Counted from the stretch's first letter, positions 20,720-31,024 are shown. The stretch: DNA of 64,000 bases from Nitrosopumilaceae archaeon (GCA_965208905.1 OZ242365.1:736001-800000), one strand, 5' to 3'. Made by a program: numbers and translations. Notes: a model not told the origin generated them from the letters alone.

Positions 20720-20941
20720 ATGGGAAGAACTTACGAACAATGGATTAACCAACAAGACCCTGCATTGGTTGCTCAAGTGAGAGCTGGTGACGAGAACAAT
20801 CCTCCACTTTTGAACCAGATAAACTGGATATGGGTTAAGAACCTAATGGCTAAAAAGTCAGAACTCAATCCGTCTGCAGCAGAGTTGCTTGACTGGGTAA
20901 CATCAGGTCAAATCGAAGCAGTGAGACAGACAAAGAAATAG
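20720..20941 (+). CDS. Small hypothetical protein (recalled as conserved in Nitrosopumilaceae)
   Basis: Biased codon usage; AT-rich promoter; T-rich terminator; LLNQINWIWV...ELLDWVTSGQIEA. Confidence 0.75.
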   Translation: MGRTYEQWINQQDPALVAQVRAGDENNPPLLNQINWIWVKNLMAKKSELNPSAAELLDWVTSGQIEAVRQTKK

Positions 20942-21063
20942 TTATACTCACTTCGTAAACTCTTTTTATTTTAATTATAATACATGACGATTGCTGCGTG
21001 TTATCATAACGGGGTTTTGGATTTTGATTATAGTTTAAATATTATCACTGCGCATCATACAGT

Positions 21064-21459
21064 ATGCCAATAGCAATACTTCCAGACATTGACGCTCAGA
21101 GATGTATAGGCTGCGCACTTTGCGTACAAATTTGTACAGCCCTGACACCCGATGTCCTTAGAATGAAGTCCCTTGAAGGCTGGAACAGAAGCAAGGCGTT
21201 CGTCTTTTATCCAGAGAGATGTATCTCTGATGGCGCATGCATTGGAGTGTGTCCTACAAAGTCCATCTTTTGGATGAGACCGATGAAGTACACATCTGGC
21301 CAGCCAGTACCTCTGCACCAGGGTGGCGTATTCGCCAACGGCTGGGCCGAGGATGCAGCTCTTGACAATGATGGCAAGAAGGCAGTAATCTCTGCACAGA
21401 TGGATGAGCAGAACGCTGCTGGCGCTGCCCAGATCGCAGCTGCCCAAGGCGGCGCATAG
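21064..21459 (+). CDS. 4Fe-4S dicluster ferredoxin
   Basis: CIGCALCVQIC and CISDGACIGVCP motifs. Confidence 0.9.
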   Translation: MPIAILPDIDAQRCIGCALCVQICTALTPDVLRMKSLEGWNRSKAFVFYPERCISDGACIGVCPTKSIFWMRPMKYTSGQPVPLHQGGVFANGWAEDAALDNDGKKAVISAQMDEQNAAGAAQIAAAQGGA

Positions 21460-21482
21460 AGGGAAATCTCGCTTTTTTCTTT

Positions 21483-22973
21483 TTATATAGTAGTGTGATG
21501 CTTGGCGCACTTTACATCTTTGAGAAAGTACGCCAGAAAGACATCCTTGTGGTCGTAGTGTATGGACGTAAAGCTGTTGTTGCTCAGGAATGCCATTAAC
21601 GCCTCTCCAAATGTACCATATCTATCTGGTGTATGAGAGACTCGTGCATCGAGGTGGTGGGAGGCCGGATACATGTCCGACAACTCCAATGGTATTATAC
21701 CCAGATATGGGTTGTATATGCAGATTTGGGCATCATCGGGTATCTTTGCATACTTCTTTAACAGGTATGCCGGTTTGGTTTGAGGCTCTGGCAGTACGTA
21801 TAATGTGTCTTTTTTGGTTCGAAACTTGGATATAATACGGCGGAACTCTACTACTTCGGGTCTGTACTGGTCTGTATGATCAAACAGAAAGATGGCCTTG
21901 TCTTTGAATCGAGGTGTACCCACATGTAGTATCGCGTTATTTCCAGTCAAGACTCGTATCGCCTCAAAGAGGCGGGGATGTGCTCTGGCCTTCTTTAATG
22001 TGTACTCCCAGAGGCGTCCCTCATAAATGGCCTGTCTTGTGGCATCCACCTCTAGTCTTATGGCTGCTAGATTGTGTAGTGCCAAAAGGTCTGTTCTCTC
22101 TTTTTGTTCTGCAGATATCAGCTCCGCCGGAGTATATTTGGTACAGACATCACAGTTGCACGGAAATACGCGAATCTCACTTAGGTTGCGTGTCCCGTCC
22201 TGTGTTATGTATCTGCCCTCCTTTGCGTACAACATGTATGATGCAGAGTCAAATGTATCACACCCCAAAGATATTGCCAGTGGTATTGTGATGGGATGGC
22301 CGGCACCAAATAGATGTAGGGGTATTGATGGCGGGAGTATGCTTCGCGCCTGTACTATCATGGATGCCAGCTTGTAATATTCGTACGACTCCATAAATTC
22401 TACTGGGCTGCCCAGCGCCATGATCTGAAAGCCATACTCCAGGAGACTCTTTGTTGAATGTTTTACCAAGTCTTGGTGCTCGCCGCCTTGTATGGGGCCC
22501 ACCCACAACTGGCCATTATCTTTGGCGGACTGTATGGTGTCATGACAGGCCTGTAGTGTTCTGGATACATATGATGATGCTGTATCATGCGGAAGGCCAA
22601 ACCCTGTTGGCTTGTCCAGTGGAATGGGGATATCTGTCATTATGCCCATCTCAAACTCGGCCATCTGACTGGGTGATATATCCAAATCCCCATACTCCAA
22701 CACTTGATAGCCTCCCGAGTCTGTCATTATGGGACCATCAAATCCGACTATATCATGAATGCCGCGCCGTATGGCCTCATCCCCCCACCGCTTCATTGTT
22801 ATGTATGCGTTGGTTATGATCATCTGAAACTTCATCTTCTTTAGCGTATCCCCTGATATGGTCTGCTTAACCGGATGCATTACTGGTATATAGGCGGGTG
22901 TGTCCACTATGCCATGATTTGTGTGCAGTCTACCTATACGTCCTGCCAGATCTGATTTTATTATCTCAAACAT
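21483..22973 (-). CDS. tgtA: Archaeosine tRNA-guanine(15) transglycosylase
   Basis: MTDSGGYQ, HLFGAGHP, DTFDSASY; zinc motif CNCDVC...H. Confidence 0.93.
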   Translation of the reverse strand: MFEIIKSDLAGRIGRLHTNHGIVDTPAYIPVMHPVKQTISGDTLKKMKFQMIITNAYITMKRWGDEAIRRGIHDIVGFDGPIMTDSGGYQVLEYGDLDISPSQMAEFEMGIMTDIPIPLDKPTGFGLPHDTASSYVSRTLQACHDTIQSAKDNGQLWVGPIQGGEHQDLVKHSTKSLLEYGFQIMALGSPVEFMESYEYYKLASMIVQARSILPPSIPLHLFGAGHPITIPLAISLGCDTFDSASYMLYAKEGRYITQDGTRNLSEIRVFPCNCDVCTKYTPAELISAEQKERTDLLALHNLAAIRLEVDATRQAIYEGRLWEYTLKKARAHPRLFEAIRVLTGNNAILHVGTPRFKDKAIFLFDHTDQYRPEVVEFRRIISKFRTKKDTLYVLPEPQTKPAYLLKKYAKIPDDAQICIYNPYLGIIPLELSDMYPASHHLDARVSHTPDRYGTFGEALMAFLSNNSFTSIHYDHKDVFLAYFLKDVKCAKHHTTI

Positions 22974-22993
22974 GTAACTGTAGAGATTATCAC

Positions 22994-23530
22994 CTATTTA
23001 TTAAATTCAAAGAATCGTTGCATATCTTTATTCTCTGATATTTGATGTAGCCATTGCACATCATCTGATTTAATATTGTATTTAATGGCCTGTAAAACCC
23101 TCTGTATGTTGTCTTGTATGGTGTTGTTGGTTGTATCTATCTGAGTTACCACACCAAATGTATTACGTGCGTCTGAGTATACTATATCTAGTATCTCAGC
23201 TCCTAAATTGTCTAGTATCTTTTGGTGTGAATATTTACGGTCTTTGTATATGTTGTATAGCTCGTAGGGACTGCGTCTTAATACTACTGTTTTTTTTATT
23301 ATATGTTTTTTTGATATTACATACGGTGCTAGATGGCCTACTATAATACTGGATTTTTGTATATTTATGATATCGGCAAGTCTGTCGGTATCTACCTCGC
23401 CATCAAATATGAGATTTGATTCTCTGGCTATAATATTGATGTCAATTATATCTAAATTTAATATACGCGATATGGCATCTGCAATTGTGTGTTTTCCAGT
23501 TCCGGGGCTGCCGGTTATCACATACGACAT
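22994..23530 (-). CDS. Adenylate kinase, AK6/Fap7-like
   Basis: ITGSPGTGKHT P-loop; IIVGHL motif. Confidence 0.8.
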   Translation of the reverse strand: MSYVITGSPGTGKHTIADAISRILNLDIIDINIIARESNLIFDGEVDTDRLADIINIQKSSIIVGHLAPYVISKKHIIKKTVVLRRSPYELYNIYKDRKYSHQKILDNLGAEILDIVYSDARNTFGVVTQIDTTNNTIQDNIQRVLQAIKYNIKSDDVQWLHQISENKDMQRFFEFNK

Positions 23531-23654
23531 TATAATGTGTATTGCATCATAAAAAAATAAAACATTTTTGCATAACTACATTACAAATTCAAATATTATG
23601 GGTTTTAGAAATAATTTGGGAATTATCTCCTTAATTCGCAAACTGAAAAAACAT

Positions 23655-24030
23655 GACACCTTTAGATAATGTAACACTATATGGTACAAGGGTAGCAAAC
23701 ACATCATAAAGATACTACGATACAAGGTGAGCACATACTCACATGTTACATACGTAGCAATATGATGCACTCTGAAGTGAACGCGGACTATGGCATATTG
23801 TATAATACAAGTATAGTAGAATGGTCAAGGCGTGCGCAACACAACATCAGACTATACAAGTCGTACGACAAGGTCGGACTGGCCTTGCAAGACAAGATAC
23901 ATCTCAGTAGATATATTATATCTCCAGTTACTAGAGACGGGGCTGATGGCGCAGGCGACCCTCAGCGACATCTTAATAGAGGCATCTCTGAGTGGCGAAC
24001 TCGCCAACAGATGTATGGTAGTTCTGCGAA
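23655..24030 (+). mobile_element. Internally deleted, decayed derivative of the copy 1/2 tnpB element (boundaries approximate)
   Basis: 23682-23735 reads WYKGSKHIIKILRYKVST (cf. MKYNGGKYIIKTVQYRLRT). It is joined to LTCYIRSNMMHSEVNADYGIL...WSRRAQ...KVGLALQDKIHL (cf. FRCHDCGVLVHADINAAFNIL...WSKRAQ...KAGVVLRGKIHL). Conserved 3' hairpin at 23993-24006. Confidence 0.8.
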
Positions 24031-24081
24031 CTATGTATATGATTCCCAATAATTTTATAAAGTTCTATCTTTGTGTAATGC

Positions 24082-25182
24082 GTGGAGATGAAAAAGACTG
24101 CCATACCAGGCTTTTATAAGAAAACACCAGATGAACGTCTGGATATAATCTCAAATATTGCCAATCTGAACAAGACTGAAAGAGATGCACTTCGAGCCGA
24201 ATTAAATGTAGATGTGGCAGATGGTCTAATAGAGAATACAATTGGAACTTTTACACTACCACTGGGCATTGCTACAAATTTTAGAATAAACAACCGCGAT
24301 TATATCATACCCATGGTAATAGAGGAGCCCTCAGTTGTCGCTGCGGCATCTGCAGGAGCAAAGGCAACCGATAACGTCACAGTTACAGGTGGTAATTCAC
24401 ATGTAATAGGACAGATACAGGTTTTGAATCCGGATGCAGATGCAATTGCAAAAGTTCTATCAAGAAAATCTGACATACTTGATGCTGCAGCCAGTATACT
24501 CTCCGGGCACATGTCTGTTGTGGATGTATACAGTAGTATGCTTGATGTACAGTCAAGGATGCTAAAGGTGGAGATTGTAATTGATACTGGTGAGGCGATG
24601 GGGGCTAACGCAGTAAATACCACCTGTGAGGGTCTGGCCCCCATAATAGAAGAGATAACCGGCGGACGTGTGCTGTTGCGCATACTGTCTAATGCTGTTC
24701 CTGGTGTGGTATCTGCGCAGGCTCACTTTAAGACAAGTGACTCTGTCGCCAGAGATATTGTATCTGCATACGAGTTTGCCCATATTGACAAACTTCGTGC
24801 CGTGACACACAACAAGGGAATAATGAATGGAATAACTGCTGTGGCGATGGCAACCGGTCAGGATACTCGTGCCATAGAAGCGGCAGCGCATATGTATGCG
24901 GCCGAGTCTGGCGTTTATGGACCTCTCTCAAAGTGGTATATGCAAGATGATAGACTATGTGGCGAGCTACACCTGCCCATACGTGTGGGAACCGTTGGTG
25001 GCCTTACTACACATCATGATACAGCTGCAACATGTCTCAAAATACTGGGTAATCCTACCTCGCAGGAGCTGGCAGGTATAATGGTATCTGTTGGACTATG
25101 CCAAAACTTCTCGGCCTTAAGGGCACTATCTACAGACGGCATACAGAAAGGACATATGAAACTCCATGCGCGGCGTCTGTGA
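24082..25182 (+). CDS. HMG-CoA reductase, class II
   Basis: IENTIG, EEPSVVAA, EAMGAN, THNKGIMNG, GQDTRA and GHMKLH motifs. Confidence 0.92.
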   Translation: MEMKKTAIPGFYKKTPDERLDIISNIANLNKTERDALRAELNVDVADGLIENTIGTFTLPLGIATNFRINNRDYIIPMVIEEPSVVAAASAGAKATDNVTVTGGNSHVIGQIQVLNPDADAIAKVLSRKSDILDAAASILSGHMSVVDVYSSMLDVQSRMLKVEIVIDTGEAMGANAVNTTCEGLAPIIEEITGGRVLLRILSNAVPGVVSAQAHFKTSDSVARDIVSAYEFAHIDKLRAVTHNKGIMNGITAVAMATGQDTRAIEAAAHMYAAESGVYGPLSKWYMQDDRLCGELHLPIRVGTVGGLTTHHDTAATCLKILGNPTSQELAGIMVSVGLCQNFSALRALSTDGIQKGHMKLHARRL

Positions 25183-25217
25183 TGTTATCTCAAAATCACC
25201 CTCTAGTATGATATCTG

Positions 25218-25273
25218 ATACTGATGTGGTGATAACTTGGTATCCCAAAAGGCACCCCTCTAAGATTTTAGTG
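25218..25273 (-). mobile_element. Decayed 5' end (TIR + promoter region) of the TIR-tnpB element
   Basis: ATACTGATGTG..ATAACTTGGT..GGCACCCCTCTAAGATTT aligns with ATACTTCATGTG..ATAACTTGGT..GGTATCCCCCTAAGATTT at about 33399-33455. Confidence 0.6.
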
Positions 25274-25499
25274 TAAAAATGTGAAGGCTTGAGAGCCCTA
25301 TATGTCCACACAACGACAAGTTATCAACTCATGATGTGTAACTTGGATCGTGAGTGGTAATCAGAGCAGCATATGCCATGTGCTGCCTAGACACCTAGGT
25401 TCACATTCGGGTAGCGCAGACATGCCTATGCAGAACCACTTGGAACTTCTCAGCAGAGTGAGCGGAGCGATTATATGCATTTGTACGCATAACCGGCAT

Positions 25500-25934
25500 A
25501 TGAAACGCGACGAGCACACTGACAGACAAATCCGTACAATGCTGATGAGCGCCCGCAGGGTGGCAGTGGTGGGCATGTCCCGGAGCACCGCCAAGGCGGC
25601 GGGCCAGATTCCTAGGTATCTGGCCGGGCGTGGATATGACGTAATTCCCATCAACCCAAACGCTGACTGTATATGCGGCAGGAGATCATACGCCAGCATT
25701 ACCGAGGTGGAGGACCAAATAGATATTGTGGACGTATTTAGACCGTCTGACCAGGCAGCGGCGGTCGTCCGCGAGGCGCTGACCAAGAGGCCTAAAATGA
25801 TATGGCTGCAAGAGGGAATATACAGTGACGAGGCAGAGAAGCTGGCTCGGCAGGAGGGCATCCCGCTGGTCTACAACAGGTGCATAATGGTGGAACACCA
25901 GAGGCTAGTGGGCGCCGACGGGCATCAGGTATAA
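25500..25934 (+). CDS. CoA-binding protein (YccU-like)
   Basis: VAVVGMS, IPINP, DIVDVFRPS, IWLQEG, NRCIMVEH motifs. Confidence 0.9.
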   Translation: MKRDEHTDRQIRTMLMSARRVAVVGMSRSTAKAAGQIPRYLAGRGYDVIPINPNADCICGRRSYASITEVEDQIDIVDVFRPSDQAAAVVREALTKRPKMIWLQEGIYSDEAEKLARQEGIPLVYNRCIMVEHQRLVGADGHQV

Positions 25935-26090
25935 TAATACTGATGCGCAAACCTATCTTGGACCGCACCGGCCCACCAAGATATGTTTTGACCACACTGC
26001 TGACATTCATCCCTGTCGTGAAAATATGTCCTTGTCATCAGACTGGTAGTTCGCGTACGATATTTAACCTCCTGTTTTACAAGGAGTATA

Positions 26091-27800
26091 ATGGCAGACT
26101 TGGACTATGATGTTATAATATGTGGTTCTGGTTTGGCTGGATTGAGGGCGGCCATTGAGGCGGCCAGCACAAGCCCCAAACTACGTGTAGCTGTGGTATC
26201 CAAATTACAGGTGATGCGCTCCCACTCGGTCTCGGCCGAAGGTGGTACTGCGGCAGTTCTATACCCTGAGAATGGAGACTCGATAGAGTCGCACATATAT
26301 GACACCGTCAAGGGCAGTGACTTTCTGGCGGATCAGGACGTTGCCGAGCGACTCTGCAATGAGATGCCTCAAGAGGTGTACAATCTGGACCGCTGGGGCA
26401 TGCCTTGGTCTCGTCGAGAGAACGGAGAGATTGATCAGCGTGCATTTGGAGGATACTCGTATCCCAGAGCTACATATGCCTCTGATAAAGTGGGATTCTT
26501 TGAGATGCAGACACTATATGATGCCTGCCAAAGGTTTGACAACATCGAGTACTATAACGAGTGGTTTGGCACCTCCATACTGCATGATGGCAGTAAGGTT
26601 CGCGGCATAACAGTGATTGAGCTCTCATCGGGGCAGTTTAGTGTGATGTCCACAAAGGCGCTTATAATGGCAACCGGGGGTGCGGGCAGACTGTATAGTT
26701 TTTCAACGTATGCGCTATCTTCCACACCTGATGGTCTGGACATGGCGTACCGCGCAGGCATGGCGCTTAAAGATATGGAGTTTGTGCAGTTTCATCCCAC
26801 CGGAATACTGCCTTCGGGCATACTGATAACTGAGGGCGCCCGGGGAGAGGGTGGCTACCTGTTAAACAACAAGAACGAGAGATTCATGAAGCAGTATGCC
26901 CCCGGAAAGATGGAGCTGGCTCCCCGAGATATAGTGTCTCGCTCAATAATGACTGAGATAAATCAGGGACGGGGGTTTATCAACGAGACAGGTGTAGAAT
27001 GCATAAAACTTGACCTTAGACATATAGGAGATGAGACTATAAAGGAGAAGCTGGGAGGAATCCGTGAGATATCTATAAAATTTTCAGGCGTGGATCCTGC
27101 TACTGAAATTCTGGATATACGGCCTGTCTGCCATTATATGATGGGAGGTATACATACAAACATCGATGGAGCCACCGAACTAACTGGAATGTGGGCCTCT
27201 GGGGAGGCCGCATGCAGCTCCGTCCATGGCTCAAACCGCTTGGGCGCCAACTCTACATCCGAATGTATAGTTTGGGGCAAGATAACTGGCAAGATGGCTG
27301 CCGAGTATGCATTGGGTAGTATACCCTCAGAACCATTCCCCCATGATTTGGTGAAACTCGAGGAGAAGAGAATATACGATGGTATATTTCGAGGTCGGGG
27401 TGAGGTAAATCCATATGAAGTACGTCAGGAATTATCAGATATGATGACCGAGAAGGCGTATGTGTATCGAACCCATGATGAACTTGTTGAAGGCCTAAAG
27501 ATATTGCGCAATCTACAGTCTCAGACTTGGAAGCATGTGGACGACTCTGCAAAAGAGTACAACACCAACTTTGTCAATGTTATGGAACTGGACTCTATGT
27601 TTAGGGCTGCTGAGACGATACTTGTGGGCGCCATAAACCGTAAAGAGTCTCGTGGAGCTCACGCCAGAATAGACTATCCCAGCAGGGACGATGACTCCTT
27701 TCTTCATCATACACTAGCGTATATGGGACCTGACAAACCCATCATGAGGACACATCCCGTAACAATTACAAAGTACGAACCAGTGGAGAGGAAGTATTAG
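26091..27800 (+). CDS. sdhA: Succinate dehydrogenase flavoprotein subunit
   Basis: GSGLAG, RSHSVSAEGG (covalent FAD His), QFHPT, HYMMGG, HGSNRLGANS. Confidence 0.96.
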   Translation: MADLDYDVIICGSGLAGLRAAIEAASTSPKLRVAVVSKLQVMRSHSVSAEGGTAAVLYPENGDSIESHIYDTVKGSDFLADQDVAERLCNEMPQEVYNLDRWGMPWSRRENGEIDQRAFGGYSYPRATYASDKVGFFEMQTLYDACQRFDNIEYYNEWFGTSILHDGSKVRGITVIELSSGQFSVMSTKALIMATGGAGRLYSFSTYALSSTPDGLDMAYRAGMALKDMEFVQFHPTGILPSGILITEGARGEGGYLLNNKNERFMKQYAPGKMELAPRDIVSRSIMTEINQGRGFINETGVECIKLDLRHIGDETIKEKLGGIREISIKFSGVDPATEILDIRPVCHYMMGGIHTNIDGATELTGMWASGEAACSSVHGSNRLGANSTSECIVWGKITGKMAAEYALGSIPSEPFPHDLVKLEEKRIYDGIFRGRGEVNPYEVRQELSDMMTEKAYVYRTHDELVEGLKILRNLQSQTWKHVDDSAKEYNTNFVNVMELDSMFRAAETILVGAINRKESRGAHARIDYPSRDDDSFLHHTLAYMGPDKPIMRTHPVTITKYEPVERKY

Positions 27801-28235
27801 ATGGACACCAACAAAGATAATCGGGAAGGTATAGGTGGAATGGCAAATCCGGGCCGATACGGAATTGAGCGTGTGGCGTACTGGTTGATGAGGCTCAGCG
27901 GACTGGGCCTGTTGGTGTACTTTATAGCCCACATATACGAGACCAGCAGCATTCTCCGGGGCGAAGTGGGTTGGAATGAATTGATGGCAATGACCGATAC
28001 GCCAGAATTTCATATTGTTCTTATTATTGTGATAGGTATGTGCGTCTTTCATACGGTCAATGGGATACGTGTAATGCTAGGACATGGCGGTGTCGGAGTG
28101 GGAAGACCTACCCGTCCAGACTACCCGTACGCGCCAGCATCCCAGAATACACGTCACAAGATAGCCATATACTCGGCAATCGTACTGGCCGCAATCGCCA
28201 TGGTGTATGGCTCTACTGTACTGTTTGGTGTATGA
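27801..28235 (+). CDS. sdhC: Succinate dehydrogenase cytochrome b subunit
   Basis: Three TM helices; FHTVNGIR motif; operon position. Confidence 0.88.
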   Translation: MDTNKDNREGIGGMANPGRYGIERVAYWLMRLSGLGLLVYFIAHIYETSSILRGEVGWNELMAMTDTPEFHIVLIIVIGMCVFHTVNGIRVMLGHGGVGVGRPTRPDYPYAPASQNTRHKIAIYSAIVLAAIAMVYGSTVLFGV

Positions 28236-28236
28236 T

Positions 28237-28581
28237 ATGCGCGAAAGTCACATCATGAAGATACATTACGGCACGGCACTTGCAGCCGTGGGGCTGGTCG
28301 CTGTTCACATACTGATGCGCATGGCTGATGGATATCACCAGTCTCTAGAGTTTGCCAATGTACTGGCAAACTATCAGTTTGTACCATATGCGGGCCTATT
28401 GGAGATAATACTGATACTACTCTCAATACATGGTTTTAACGGACTGCGTGTAATACTGTTGGAGTTGCATCAGGGCCACTCTTATGAGAAGGCCGTCTCG
28501 TATGGCTGCATAGCTGGCATGATAGGTTTAATTGCGTATGGTTCACGTACAATTGTTATGGCAAATATGGGGATGATATGA
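28237..28581 (+). CDS. sdhD: Succinate dehydrogenase membrane anchor
   Basis: Three TM helices; IHGFNGLRVIL motif; operon position. Confidence 0.85.
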   Translation: MRESHIMKIHYGTALAAVGLVAVHILMRMADGYHQSLEFANVLANYQFVPYAGLLEIILILLSIHGFNGLRVILLELHQGHSYEKAVSYGCIAGMIGLIAYGSRTIVMANMGMI

Positions 28582-29270
28582 ACAACACAATAAAACTACG
28601 TGTAAAGCGCTCGGCAACTGACGATTTTGATGAGTTCACAATACCCGTCCAAAAATGGACTACCGTTCTGGAGTGTATACTACACGCAAAACATCAATTT
28701 GATCACTCCATTGCAGTACGATACTCTTGCCGGCAGGCCACCTGCGGTAGTTGTGGAATGAAGATAAACGGCAAGCCGTCCTTGGCATGTTTCACCAAAG
28801 TCTCTGAAATAGATAGTGATACCATTACAGTAGAGCCGATGAGCAACTTTCCTATAATTCGGGATCTGGCAGTAAAGTTTGACAGGCTATTTGAGAACCA
28901 TCGCAAAGTAATGCCATACATGGACAATACTCCCCCCGAGTCTAGCAGAATGCACATACAGAGTCCTGCTGAACTAGACAAGTTCATACAGTTTGCCAAC
29001 TGCATAAAGTGTGGACTGTGCAACTCGGCATGTCCTACCATGGCAACTGATACATCATTTACAGGTCCGCAGGCTTTGGCGCAGGCGTATCGTTATGTGG
29101 CCGACAGCCGTGATAAAGATAAGGACAAGAGACTGCGTATAATAGACGACTCACATGGAATATGGCGTTGCCACTTTGCTGGATCTTGTAGCCAGGTCTG
29201 TCCAAAAGGTGTTGATCCCGCCATGGGAATACAACTATTGCGTGGATACATGTTAGGCTTGAGTGATTAA
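28578..29270 (+). CDS. sdhB: Succinate dehydrogenase Fe-S subunit
   Basis: CRQATCGSC, CIKCGLCNSACP, CHFAGSCSQVCP motifs. Confidence 0.96.
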   Translation: MNNTIKLRVKRSATDDFDEFTIPVQKWTTVLECILHAKHQFDHSIAVRYSCRQATCGSCGMKINGKPSLACFTKVSEIDSDTITVEPMSNFPIIRDLAVKFDRLFENHRKVMPYMDNTPPESSRMHIQSPAELDKFIQFANCIKCGLCNSACPTMATDTSFTGPQALAQAYRYVADSRDKDKDKRLRIIDDSHGIWRCHFAGSCSQVCPKGVDPAMGIQLLRGYMLGLSD

Positions 29271-29272
29271 AT

Positions 29273-29590
29273 CTACTTTTTGGGTTTTGGACTGTTGTTT
29301 ACCTGATTGTTTATCTGTTCTGCCATAAAGTGATTAGATACGTTGACCTTTACTTCTTCTACACCATCAATCATCAAAAGGTTGTCATGTATATCCTGAC
29401 ATATTTTAAAGCCAAAGACCGCCGGACAGAACGGACTGGTCAGATGTAAGTCCACCTTGACATCACTATCCTGTATATCCACCTCATCAATCAATTCCAA
29501 ATCCGTGATGGATGTGTCGATCTCTGGGTCCTTTATCTTTGATAACTCATCAAATATGCGTACTCTCATCTTTTTGATGTCTTGAGACAT
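29273..29590 (-). CDS. Fe-S cluster assembly protein (DUF59/SufT-like)
   Basis: DPEI...TSPFCP motif. Confidence 0.88.
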   Translation of the reverse strand: MSQDIKKMRVRIFDELSKIKDPEIDTSITDLELIDEVDIQDSDVKVDLHLTSPFCPAVFGFKICQDIHDNLLMIDGVEEVKVNVSNHFMAEQINNQVNNSPKPKK

Positions 29591-29830
29591 ACGTGTAGGT
29601 GGCATTAAACTATATTTAAATTCATTTGGGATGCCGAGTGGCGTTTCGTGGTTTTAATAACATCCGTACAATACGTTATAATTCCAGCGCTAATATCACA
29701 AAAGATGTGCGTATTTATTCTGATATCGTCGAACCTGCATGTATAATCATCTGTGAATGAGATACCAATTATAAAATACTGTTTTGTATGGCACAACTTT
29801 TAATTTAACTACACACTGTACTGTATTATC

Positions 29831-30700
29831 TTGGGATTGGTGGATGATATACGCAATAAGAGACCAATGGTGGTTCCAGGCGTATATGATGCTCTAGGCG
29901 CCAGAATGGCTCAATCTGTGGGGTTTGATGCAATGTTTCAGACTGGATATGGTACATCTGCAACACTGTTTGGAATGCCTGATTATGGGTTTGTAGGTGC
30001 TGCCGAAACCTTGGATAATGCTCGCCGTATATGCTCGGCTATCTCTACACCAGTTATCGTAGATGCTGATACCGGGTATGGTGGAGCGCTAAATGTGCGG
30101 CGGCTTGTGCAGCAGTTAGAGTCGGCGGGAGCTGCGGGCATGTTCTTGGAGGACCAGATATGGCCAAAGAGGTGCGGTCACATGCAGGGCAAGGATGTCA
30201 CTCCGCATTCCGAATATACAGAGAAACTGGGGGCGGCTCTTGATGCGCGCCAGAGCAAAGACTTTGTGGTTGTAGCCCGCACAGATGCCCGGGCCACTTT
30301 GGGATTAGAAGATGCAATACAGAGAGGAGTTGACAACTACAAGACTGGTGCAGATGTAATATTCATCGAAGCGCCCCTCTCCATATCTGAGATGAAACAG
30401 ATTGGCTCATCAATTAACGCACCTCTAGTGGCTAACATGATTGAGGGCGGCGCGACCCCATTACAACCGGCCAAATCACTTCATGATATGGGGTTCTCTC
30501 TGGTGCTGTACCCACTCTCCGTTTTGTACGCATCTACAGCTGCATCCCTGCGAGTGTTGCATGAGTTACACAAGAGTGGTACTGTTGCATCTAAACCATC
30601 TGATATTGTATCATTTGATCAATTCAATGAGATAGTTGGACTATCCGAGATGCGTACTCTGGAAGAACACTATCGAACTTTGCATCGTGACGTGACATAA
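29831..30700 (+). CDS. Isocitrate lyase/PEP mutase family enzyme (PrpB-like)
   Basis: DADTGYG, EDQIWPKRCGH, VARTDA, ANMIEGG motifs. Confidence 0.9.
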   Translation: MGLVDDIRNKRPMVVPGVYDALGARMAQSVGFDAMFQTGYGTSATLFGMPDYGFVGAAETLDNARRICSAISTPVIVDADTGYGGALNVRRLVQQLESAGAAGMFLEDQIWPKRCGHMQGKDVTPHSEYTEKLGAALDARQSKDFVVVARTDARATLGLEDAIQRGVDNYKTGADVIFIEAPLSISEMKQIGSSINAPLVANMIEGGATPLQPAKSLHDMGFSLVLYPLSVLYASTAASLRVLHELHKSGTVASKPSDIVSFDQFNEIVGLSEMRTLEEHYRTLHRDVT

Positions 30701-30736
30701 AAATAACCAATATAAAACAAAAAACAGAATGCAGAG

Positions 30737-31024
30737 TTACTCTGCGTTCTTCTTTACTTCGATTTCGATGGTTGACACATTACGTGCTTTTCCGTCGTTT
30801 GATTCTAGCGACTCGGATCCTATTCTGATGTCTCCAATGGAGTATCCTGCATTTTCAGTCTTGCGAGATATGATTTGAGCCACATCTACGGCGCGACCAA
30901 TACTCATGCCTCTTGCTTTGATATTTACCGTCGGTACATTAGTCAACTGAATGAGCGTAGATGTAACATACGCCATCAGAGGCTTTTTACCGATAAAGAT
31001 GGTATCGCGTGCTTCGTTCGACAT
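30737..31024 (-). CDS. albA: DNA/RNA-binding protein Alba
   Basis: IGKKPLMAYV, IKARG, AVDVA, VSTIEI motifs. Confidence 0.95.
   Translation of the reverse strand: MSNEARDTIFIGKKPLMAYVTSTLIQLTNVPTVNIKARGMSIGRAVDVAQIISRKTENAGYSIGDIRIGSESLESNDGKARNVSTIEIEVKKNAE

Noticed and set aside
23762-24119. ORFs 23762-24052 and 23832-24119 as real genes
   Set aside because: The first is the decayed TnpB tail with the catalytic Asp lost; the second is an alternate frame of the same sequence.
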